Assembly (NCBI GenBank): GCA_964016885.1
Contig: CAXHJY010001466.1
Coordinates: 1 to 23,591, forward strand
Direction: 5' to 3'
DNA: 23,591 nucleotides
Source: Eledone cirrhosa
Taxonomy: Eukaryota
Within the stretch, counting starts at the first letter, position 1, and every line of letters begins with the position of its first letter. Under the pieces are notes generated by a model. The model had not been told where the DNA came from. It made no database searches and saw only the letters and a list, made by a program, of their open reading frames with translations. Both the position numbers and the translations under genes were made by a program. Shown here in pieces: positions 10,906 through 23,399 of this stretch.

Positions 10906-11241
10906 GAGGCACATGGCTTAGTGGTTAGAGCATTGACCTTGCAATCGATAGGTTGTGAGTTCAATTCTCAGACCGGGTGATGTGTTGTTTCCGTGAGCAA
11001 GACACTTTATTTCACATTGCTCTAGTTCACTCAGCTGTAGAAATGAGATGATAGGGACTGGGGACCGTATCATTCCACTGCAAAGTGGTCGTGGAGGTGC
11101 CACGTCAAAAATGCACCCAGCCCACATCTGTAAAATGAGGTTGGTGTTAGGAAGGGCATCCAGCTGTAGAAATCAAGCCAGAATCAGTTCCCGTCCCACC
11201 CTTGCAAGCAGGGAAAAGTGGATGTAAAATGAAATGATGAT
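10906..11241 (+). mobile_element. tRNA-derived CORE-type SINE with an RTE-derived 3' end, inserted in (TA)n
   Basis: A box TGGCTTAGTGG at 10914-10924 and B box GAGTTCAATTC at 10957-10967. CORE-like segment TGAGCAAGACACTTTATTTCACATTGCTCTAGTTCACTCAGCTGTAGAAATGAG. The 3' part GGTTGGTGTTAGGAAGGGCATCCAGCTGTAGAAA matches the RTE 3' UTR, and it ends ATGATGAT. Confidence 0.85.
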
Positions 11242-11437
11242 ATATATATATATATCTATATATATAATAATAGGGTTAAAGTATTGTAGGAGAGGATGAA
11301 GTGGAGAGATACAAAGAGGTGCGATACAGAATACTAAATACCAAAAGCCGAAACATAGTGTGCTCGATGCTTGGGTTGGCAGAGTTCAATATTAGAGAAG
11401 GTTAATACTTTGCGTAGGTTTAAGCAGAGCTAGAATA

Positions 11438-11792
11438 GGCAATTGAATGAATGAATGAATGAATGAAAGAGTTACAAGCCATTAAAACATTTCTTTATAT
11501 AGCTCTTACATGTGGTTCACCCAGCTGGGGTTGGTCAAAAGTAACCCAGTGACATCCAACAGGCATCGAGTAATTACCTCTCTTAGCAAGTTATATCCCT
11601 TTCACTGGCGGCAATGCATTTCCTATCTTAGAACAGGATGCATGGGGATGTGAAGTTGTGATATCCTCTCAACGATTTGTAATTAAGGACCTAGTCATTG
11701 GAATTTCTGCCTCCGACAAGCCCTTCTGGGCGAAACACGTGTAAGAGCTATATAAAGAAATGTTTTAACAGCTTGTAACTCATTCATTTGCC
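11438..11792 (+). mobile_element. Penelope-like remnant (or MITE) with inverted termini and a degenerate hammerhead motif
   Basis: Inverted arms 11469-11514 and about 11737-11781 (GAGTTACAAGC..TAAAACATTTCTTTATATAGCTCTTACA) extend out to GGCAA...TTGCC. The motif CCGACAA-GCCC-ttct-GGGC-GAAAC-acgt-GTA lies at 11713-11743. Confidence 0.6.
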
Positions 11793-12171
11793 TATATATA
11801 TATATATATATTGAAAAAAAAGGTGGACGAAGACAACAGAAACTCAGGGCAGTCCCTTCTCATCAGTCAACCACTGGACGTCAACATGGTTTCAGTAATT
11901 AAGATCGATACCTCTAGCTCCAGTGCACATGGGGACAGTAATAAATCTACACAAGACAGGACAACTGATCTTTCAACTATTTACAAATAAAATAAGGTGG
12001 ACGAGATGTAAGCCTTATATGGACAAACACTACATGGAAGGAGCAGAGAGAGAGAGAGAGACAAAAGACAGGACGATTGGTCTTTTGACTGTTTACAAAT
12101 AAATATTTATTTCTTTGTTAATATGTTTATTTATTTGAATAAAAAGTTGGAGGTTTCATCCTATTTTCCAG

Positions 12172-12303
12172 ATGGTTGTCCAGAAAACTTCAGATTCCCT
12201 TGTTTCAATCTATTGTGTATTTCTGAGTCATTGCAATGTGATAGAATTGATCATTGTGGAGATAATTCCGATGAAAGTCCGGCCTTGGAATGTAATTATG
12301 ACA
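12172..12303 (+). CDS. Host gene exon E: LDL-receptor class A module 1
   Basis: Acceptor ctattttccag| and donor |gtaaga. Encodes DGCPENFRFPCFNLLCISESLQCDRIDHCGDNSDESPALECNYD, with 6 Cys and CGDNSDE. Phase 1-1. Confidence 0.93.
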
Positions 12304-12363
12304 GTAAGAAACAACATTATTTCCTTCATTTATTTGCCCAGAACCAGCACTATTATTATTACA

Positions 12364-12804
12364 GTGGATTGGCAGTATCGGTAGGAGGTCAGATGCCTTG
12401 CTTTGCAGCATAGAGTTACGGCCCTTGCCATTCTGAGGTTAACTTTGCCTTTCATCCTTACGGGGTTGGTGTAATAAAGTACCAGGAATACACCGAGATC
12501 AATTTAATTGACTTTCCCTTCCTCCCCAAATCGTTGTCCTTATGCTTGAATTAGAAACCATTAGGTGGATTGGCAGTATCGGTAGAGGGTCGGACGCCAT
12601 GCTTTGAAGCATAGAGTTACGGCCCTTGCCATTCTGAGTTCAAATCCCGCCAAGGTTAACTTTGCCTTTCATCCTTACGGGGGTCGATAAAATAAAGTAC
12701 CAGTAATGCACTGGGTAATTGCTGGCCTTGTGCCAAAAGTAGAAACAATTATTATTATAATTATTGGTTGGTGGATTGGCAGTAATTGGTAGAGCGTCGG
12801 ATCA
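12364..12804 (+). mobile_element. Three head-to-tail copies of a tRNA-derived SINE (Meta-domain-like): 12364-12563, 12564-12765 and head-only 12770-12804
   Basis: Each copy starts GTGGATTGGCAGTA(A)TYGGTAG. Copy 2 has a B box GAGTTCAAATCC, which is deleted in copy 1. Central domain GGTTAACTTTGCCTTTCATCCTTACGGGG..ATAAAGTACCAG, with an (ATT)n tail. Confidence 0.85.
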
Positions 12805-12982
12805 GTTCCAGGTGGTTTGATATCAAAAGGGTTTAAACCGGGGCAGTTTCAGATGGTTTGACACCAAAAGAGTTAATCAGATGTAGTAAACCTATTATTG
12901 TTGACCATCAGTAAATACTCTGCTTGTTTCCATAACATCTCATGTCTCTAAAATGTGGTTCTGTTTTGTTGTTTTTTAATAG

Positions 12983-13108
12983 ATAGCAAAACTAAAGTCA
13001 ACATCTGTACAGAGTTTCTCTGTGATAACGAAGTCTGTTTAGACAAATCTTACCTCTGTAACAACATCCAAGACTGTTTTGATGGAACTGACGAAAAATT
13101 CTGTAATG
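12983..13108 (+). CDS. Host gene exon F: LDL-receptor class A module 2 (absent from the supplied ORF track)
   Basis: Acceptor gttttttaatag| and donor |gtaaga. Encodes NSKTKVNICTEFLCDNEVCLDKSYLCNNIQDCFDGTDEKFCN, with 6 Cys and DCFDGTDE. Phase 1-1. Confidence 0.92.
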
Positions 13109-13136
13109 GTAAGATATTTTATTTGATGGAATAGTA

Positions 13137-13846
13137 TTGTTGCTGTGGTGGTGGTTGGTGTTGTGGTGGTTGGTGTTGTTGTTGTTGTGGTGGTGGTGGT
13201 GGTCGGTGGTTGGTGTTGTCGGTGTTGTTGTGGTGGTGGTGGTGGTGTGGTGGGTGTTGTGGTGGTGGTGGTCGGTGTTGTGGTGGTTGGTATTGTTGCT
13301 GTGGTGGTGGTTGGTGTTGTGGTGGTTGGTGTTGTTGTTGTTGTGGTGGTGGTCAGTGTTGTCGGTGTTGTTGTGGTGGTGGTGGTGTGGTGGGTGTTGT
13401 GGTGGTGGTGGTGGTGTTGTGGTGGTTGGTGTTGTTGTTGTGGTGGTGGTGGTTGGTGTCGGTGTTGTGGTGGTGGTGTTCGGTGGTTGGTGTTGTTGTT
13501 GTGGTGGTGGTGGTGTGGTGGGTGTTGTGGTGGTTGGTGTTGTTGTTGTGGTGGTGGTGGTTGGTGTTGTCGGTGTTGTTGTGGTGGTGGTTGTGGTGTG
13601 GTGGGTGTTGTGGTGGTGGTGGTGGTTGGTGTTGTTGTGGTGGTGGTGGTGGTCGGTGGTTGTTGTTGTTGTGGTGGTGGTGGTGGTGTGGTGGGTGTTG
13701 TGGTGGTTGGTGTTGTTGTTGTGGTGGTGGGTGTTGTTGTTGTGGTGGTGGTGGTCAGTGTTGTGGTGGTGGTGGTGGTGGTGGTTGGTGTTGTTGTTGT
13801 GGTCGGTGTTGTGGTGGTTGGTGTTGTTGTTGTTGTGGTGGTTGGT
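13137..13846. repeat. (GGT/TGT)n compound trinucleotide tract, intronic
   Basis: Read directly from the sequence. Confidence 0.96.
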
Positions 13847-14200
13847 TTTGTTTCTGGCCAGAGACAGTGGATTGATGGAATTGTTAGTGACAGGTGAAAT
13901 GTGGTCATCTGCTGCCATAGTTGAAGGATGGCCAGAGCTGACCACAACTGTGGTCATCTAATGAAAGATACAATCTAGGATTTTGAAATAATCAAGAATT
14001 TTGAGGAATTTCAGTAATATAACTAACTTTCTCATTATTAAGCGGATGTTTGGAACATAACTTAACAAAGGTTCTTACATAAAATTCTGTAGAACCAGGG
14101 GTGGGTTCAGGCATTTTGTTTTTAATAAAAAGGGTTAAACAAACTTCCAGATTGTTTCAAAACCTTTTTACCAATTTCAAGATTTCTTTTCTTTTTCCAG

Positions 14201-14295
14201 ATACGACACCAATAAGCATAGGACAGACATTTTTTGAAGATAAGACTGTTCTATACTTTTTACTTTGCTTTTGTATATCCAAAGAATTTGTTTGA
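14201..14295 (+). CDS. Host gene exon G: probable terminal coding exon with a short hydrophobic tail
   Basis: Strong acceptor ttcttttctttttccag|. In frame with exon F it encodes DTTPISIGQTFFEDKTVLYFLLCFCISKEFV*, with TGA at 14293-14295. Confidence 0.72.
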
Positions 14296-14759
14296 AGAAT
14301 CCATATTTTGCTTATTTTGGAAGGTTTCGAGTTTTGTTCTTACAAAATTTCATTATGGGAACCAATTCCCAAAGTTGCCAAACTCTTTCAGTAGCTGTTG
14401 AACGAACGAGATCACCAGAGGAAGCTGAGATTTCTACTGGAAGATGCTGTTACCTGTACCATTGAAGCAGATGCAAGCACCGCACCAAATTTACCTGTAA
14501 TTTGGTGACATAATTAACATATTCTGCAGGTAAACATGAGCAGGTGAATTCACGAGTTTAATGAAGTAAAAAAAAAAAAAAGCATGTTTTCACACACACA
14601 CATATATGTATATATATACACATATACATACATACACACACATATATATACACACACACATATACATACATGTATATATACATACACACACACATATATA
14701 TATATATACACACACACACATATATACACACACACACACACACATAAATATGGATACAT

Positions 14760-14800
<41 letters not shown>

Positions 14801-14860
14801 TATGTATGTATATATATATATGTATGTATATATATATATGTATATATATATATATGTATG

Positions 14861-14939
<79 letters not shown>

Positions 14940-17304
14940 ATATATACATATATATATGTATACATATATATACATATATATATGTATACATATATATACA
15001 TATATATATGTATACATATATATACATATATATATGTATACATATATATACATATATATATGTATACATATATATACATATATATATGTATACATATATA
15101 TACATATATATATGTATATATATATATACATATATATATGTATATATATACATATATATATGTATATATATACATATATATATGTATATATATACATATA
15201 TATATGTATATATATACATACATATATGTATATATATACATATATGTATATATATACATATATATATGTATATATATACATATATGTATATATATACATA
15301 TATATATGTATATATATACATATATGTATATATATACGTATATATATACGTATATATATATGTATATATATATATGTATATATATACATATATATATGTA
15401 TATATATACATATATATATGTATATATATACATATATATATGTATATATATACATATATATAAGTATATATATACATATATATAAGTATATATATACATA
15501 TATATAAGTATATATATACATATATATATATGTATACATATATATATGTATACATATATACATATATATACATATATACACATATATACATATATACATA
15601 TATACATATGTATACATATATACATATTTATACATATATACATATATATATATGTATACATATATACATATATATATATGTATACATATATACATATATA
15701 TATATGTATACATATATACATATATATATATGTATACATATATACATATATATATATGTATACATATATACATATATATATATGTATACATATATACATA
15801 TATATATATATGTATACATATATAGATATATATATATGTATACATATATACATATATATATATGTATACATATATATATATATGTATACATATATACATA
15901 TATGTATACATATATACATATATATATATGTATACATATATATATATGTATACATATATACATATGTATATATATGTATACATATGTATACATATATACA
16001 TATGTATACATATATACATATGTATACATATATATATGTATACATATGTATACACATATACATATGTATACATATATACATATGTATACATATATATATA
16101 TGTATACATATGTATATATGTATACATATGTATACATATATATATATGTATACATATATATATATGTATACATATATATATATGTATACATATATATATA
16201 TGTATACATATATATATATGTATACATATATATATATGTATACATATATATATAAGTATACATATATATATATGTATACATATATATGTATACATATATA
16301 TATATATGTATACATATATATATGTATACATATGTATACACATATACATATGTATACATATATACATATGTATACATATATACATATGTATACATATATA
16401 CATATGTATACATATATATATATATGTATACATATATATATATGTATACATATATATGTATACATATATATATATGTATACATATATATATATGTATACA
16501 TATATATATATGTATACATATATATATATGTATACATATATATATATATGTATACATATATATATGTATACATATATATATATGTATACATATATATATA
16601 AGTATACATATATATATATGTATACATATATATATATGTATACATATATATATATATGTATACATATATATATATATGTATACATATATACATATGTATA
16701 CATATATACATATGTATACATATATACATATGTATACATATATACATATGTATACATATATATATATGTATACATATATATATATGTATACATATATACA
16801 TATGTATACATATATATATATGTATACATATATATATATGTATACATATATATATATGTATACATATATATAGATATAAATATATATATATATACATACA
16901 TATATATACATATATACATAAATACATATATACATATATATACATATACACATATATATACATATATATACATATATATACATATATACACATATATACA
17001 TATATATACATATATACATATATATACATATATATACATATATATATATGTATACATATATGTATACATATATATATATATGTATACATATATATATATG
17101 TATACATATATATATATATATATGAATACATATATATATATATATGTATACATATATATATATATATGTATACATATATATATATATGTATACATATATA
17201 TATATATGTATACATATAGATATATGTATACATATATACATATATATATATATACATATATACATATTTACATATATATATATACATATTTACATATATA
17301 TATA

Positions 17305-17349
17305 TCATCATCGTTTAACGTCCATGTTCCACGCTTGCATGGGTTTGGA
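17305..17349 (-). mobile_element. About 45-bp RTE 3'-terminal fragment, copy 1
   Basis: TCATCATCGTTTAACGTCCATGTTCCACGCTTGCATGGGTTTGGA matches the tail of the RTE at about 1890-1937. Confidence 0.9.
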
Positions 17350-17383
<34 letters not shown>

Positions 17384-17419
17384 CATATTTACATATATAC
17401 ATATATATATATATATATA

Positions 17420-17464
17420 TCATCATCGTTTAACGTCCGTGTTCCACGCTTGCATGGGTTTGGA
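17420..17464 (-). mobile_element. About 45-bp RTE 3'-terminal fragment, copy 2
   Basis: Same as copy 1 apart from one substitution, with the same truncation point. Confidence 0.9.
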
Positions 17465-17541
17465 TATATATATATATACATATATACATATATATATATA
17501 TATACACATATATATATATATATACACATATATATATATAC

Positions 17542-17604
<63 letters not shown>

Positions 17605-17652
17605 CATATATATATATATACATATATATATATACATATATATATATACATA

Positions 17653-17698
<46 letters not shown>

Positions 17699-17699
17699 C

Positions 17700-17764
<65 letters not shown>

Positions 17765-17820
17765 CATATATATACATATATATATATAATACATATATAT
17801 ATATATACATATATATATAC

Positions 17821-17883
<63 letters not shown>

Positions 17884-17914
17884 CATATGTATATATACAT
17901 ATGTATATATATAC

Positions 17915-17945
<31 letters not shown>

Positions 17946-18426
17946 CATATGTATATATATATACATATATATATATACATATATATATATACATATATAT
18001 ATATACATATGTATATATATATACATATATATATATACATATGTATATATACATATATATATATACACATATATATATACATATATATATATATATACAT
18101 ATATATACATATATATATATATACATATATATACATATATATATATATACATATATTTACAAACATATATATACATATATACATATATATACATATATAT
18201 ACATATATACATATATATACATATACATATATACATATATATACATATATACATATATACATATATATACATATATATACATATATATATACATATATAC
18301 ACATATATACATATATATACATATATATACATATATATACATATATACATATATATACATATATACATATATATACATATATACATATATATACATATAT
18401 ACATATATACATATATACATATATAC

Positions 18427-19005
<579 letters not shown>

Positions 19006-19008
19006 TAC

Positions 19009-19091
<83 letters not shown>

Positions 19092-19092
19092 T

Positions 19093-19209
<117 letters not shown>

Positions 19210-19225
19210 CATATATATATATATA

Positions 19226-19343
19226 CGTGGGAAAGTGAAAAATCGGAGAATAGACCGTTAAAACATGTTTATTGAAAATATCACCTACGTACGTTTCGCC
19301 CAGTTGGGCTTCTCAAGGGCATAAACAGTCACAAGTGTTCCTT
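19226..19343 (-). mobile_element. Penelope-like pLTR 3' fragment with a hammerhead-like motif and poly(A) signal
   Basis: Minus strand reads atgccc-TTGAGAA-GCCC-aact-GGGC-GAAAC-gtac-GTA-ggtgat, then AATAAA (plus strand TTTATT at 19268-19273). Embedded in (TA)n. Confidence 0.7.
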
Positions 19344-19382
19344 ATATATGTATATACATATATATATATACATATATATACA

Positions 19383-19414
<32 letters not shown>

Positions 19415-19449
19415 CATATATATACATATATATATATACATATATATAC

Positions 19450-19535
<86 letters not shown>

Positions 19536-19545
19536 ATACATATAC

Positions 19546-19576
<31 letters not shown>

Positions 19577-19854
19577 CATATATATACATATACATATATA
19601 CATATACATATATATATATACATATATATATATACATATACATATATATATATATATACATATATATATTTCTTTTATTTGCCACTATATATATATATAC
19701 ATATATATACATATACATATATATTTTATTTGCCATATATATATATATACATATACATATATATATATACATATATATATATACATATACATATATATAT
19801 ATACATATACATATATACATATACATATATACATATATATATATATACATATAC

Positions 19855-19904
<50 letters not shown>

Positions 19905-19916
19905 ATATACATATAC

Positions 19917-20004
<88 letters not shown>

Positions 20005-20012
20005 ATATATAT

Positions 20013-20123
<111 letters not shown>

Positions 20124-20146
20124 CATATATACATATACATATATAC

Positions 20147-20279
<133 letters not shown>

Positions 20280-20298
20280 CATATACATATATATATAC

Positions 20299-20329
<31 letters not shown>

Positions 20330-20366
20330 ATATATATATATACACATATATATATATATATACACA

Positions 20367-20532
<166 letters not shown>

Positions 20533-20581
20533 CATATATACATACATATATACATACACATATATATACATATATATATAC

Positions 20582-20613
<32 letters not shown>

Positions 20614-20827
20614 ATACATATACATATATATATACATATATATATACATATACATATATATATATAGTATTAGTTATACTATTTATGGTTATGTAAACAC
20701 AAAACCTTAAGCAGTTGTAAGTATTTTACACACACCCTAAATAGTGGTAGGCAGTAATGTATTACTACCTTATTACCAGTAAGTTAAGTAGCTCAATGTA
20801 AAAACATCAGATGATTTACAGAGCAGT

Positions 20828-21149
20828 TATATGAAATATAAGAATCAAAGAACTGTTCAAAACATTATTGTGCTTACAGCTGTTTCCTCCAAACCGAGGT
20901 TTGTACCTATTAATATAAATGTAATCTCGAAGTGTGTACTGCCACTCTAAATTCTGTAATGAATGTTGACCCACAATGTTTGAATATGTATCAATGTTTG
21001 AATATGTATTGGTATGTCTCTCGGCTGAAAAGGAGGTCATATAACTGTCCATGCATTAATAAATTGCTCCGAAGAATCCAAACCTCGGTTTGGAGGAAAC
21101 AGCTGTAAGCACAATAATGTTTTGAACAGTTCTTTGATTCTTATATTTC

Positions 21150-21154
<5 letters not shown>
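20828..21154 (+). mobile_element. Penelope-like remnant with a perfect 76-bp inverted terminal duplication and a hammerhead-like motif
   Basis: 20828-20903 is the exact reverse complement of 21079-21154. The motif TGCT-CCGAAGA-aTCCAAAC-ctcg-GTTTGGAg-GAAAC-agct-GTA-AGCA lies at 21065-21111. Confidence 0.7.
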
Positions 21155-21234
<80 letters not shown>

Positions 21235-21251
21235 CATATATATATATATAC

Positions 21252-21388
<137 letters not shown>

Positions 21389-21487
21389 CATATATACATA
21401 TATATATATACATATATACATATACATATATATATATACATATATATATATATACATATATACATATATATATATATACATATATAC

Positions 21488-21576
<89 letters not shown>

Positions 21577-22299
21577 CATATATATATATACATATATATA
21601 TATACATATTTACATATACATATATATATATATACATATATACATATATATATATACATATATACATATATATATATATACATATATACATATATATATA
21701 TATACATATATACATATATATATATACATATATACATATATATATATATACATATATACATATATATATATATACATATAGATATATACATATATACATA
21801 TAGATATATACATATATACATATATATATATATACATATATACATATATATATATATACATATATACATATATATATATACATATATACATATATATATA
21901 TACATATATACATATATATATACATATATACATATATACATATATATATATACATATATACATATATATATATACATATATACATATATACATATATATA
22001 TATACATATATACACATATATATATATATATATACATATATACATATATATATATATATACATATATACATATATATACATATATACATATATATATATA
22101 CATATATACATATATATATATACATATATACATATATATATATACATATATACATATATATATATACATATATACATATATATATATACATATATACATA
22201 TATATATATACATATATACATATACATATATACATATATACATATATATATATACATATATACATATACATATATACATATACATATATACATATATAC

Positions 22300-22360
<61 letters not shown>

Positions 22361-22437
22361 CATATATATATATATACGTATATATATATATACATATATA
22401 TATATATACATATATATTTATACATATATATATATAC

Positions 22438-22522
<85 letters not shown>

Positions 22523-22639
22523 CATATATATATACATATATATATACATATATATATATACATATATATATATACATATATATATACATATATATATACA
22601 TATATATATATATACATATATATATACATATATATATAT

Positions 22640-22670
<31 letters not shown>

Positions 22671-22699
22671 TACATATATATATACATATATATATATAC

Positions 22700-22746
<47 letters not shown>

Positions 22747-22785
22747 CATATATATATACATATATATATATACATATATATATAC

Positions 22786-22832
<47 letters not shown>

Positions 22833-22876
22833 CATATATATATATATACACATATATATATATACATATATATATT

Positions 22877-23292
22877 AGAAAGTGAGGTTTTTTTTACAAA
22901 ATGAAAAAATAACCGAGGTGTCCTACACGAGTGGAAGTATAAAGAAAAAGGGATGAAATCGAAAATGCAACTGAAGTCTTATTTTTTTAAAAAATATATA
23001 TATTTATTTGGTTCCTTTACCGGTTTCGCAGTTCTTCTGCTTTTCAAAAGGTGAGTTGAGATGGAGGGTCTGTGCTTTTTCTCACATCTGGTTGGTCTCT
23101 AAATGTTAATTGTTTTATATGGAAAAAGTGGCTCGAAAACCAGGTTTTTCGAGAAGTAATTTGATTGGTTTGTCAATAATTATAATAAATTTCGCGCCAG
23201 TTCGCGTTACAATAGTTCTTCAAATAAGAGAGGGGGGGGTGTCACAGGTTGTTTTTTCATATATGAGTGTTTGAATTTCTTTTTACTTGAAA
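22877..23292 (-). mobile_element. Penelope-like pLTR fragment inserted in (TA)n
   Basis: A non-repetitive island containing a minimal hammerhead followed by AATAAA on the minus strand. Confidence 0.6.
23014..23051 (-). ncRNA. Minimal type I hammerhead ribozyme, U3-A8 core variant
   Basis: Minus strand reads CCUU-UUGAAAA-GCAG-aagaa-CUGC-GAAA-C-cg-G-UA/AAGG. Stem I (CCUU/AAGG) and stem II (GCAG/CUGC) are perfect, stem III is the palindrome ACCGGU, and the cleavage triplet is GUA. Confidence 0.72.
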
Positions 23293-23367
23293 ATATATAT
23301 ATGTATATATACACATATATATATATATACATATATATATATACATATATATATATATACACATATA

Positions 23368-23399
<32 letters not shown>

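Noticed and set aside
10906-10975. tRNA gene
   Set aside because: A and B boxes are present but there is no complete cloverleaf, and the sequence runs on into CORE-like and LINE-derived parts, so it is a SINE head.
11840-11900. CTGATGA on the minus strand (about 11860-11866) followed by an AGGG/CCCT hairpin, as a fifth hammerhead
   Set aside because: No GAAA follows the hairpin, and no consistent stems I and III can be drawn. It may be a decayed repeat.
11953-12104. About 40-bp imperfect direct repeats (AAGACAGGAC...TTTACAAATAAA) as LTRs or a TSD
   Set aside because: Too diverged and short, with no internal element features; probably an old local duplication.
12998-13961. Poly-His/Thr/Val/Trp/Cys-Gly ORFs on both strands
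   Set aside because: They are readings of the intronic (GGT/TGT)n tract.
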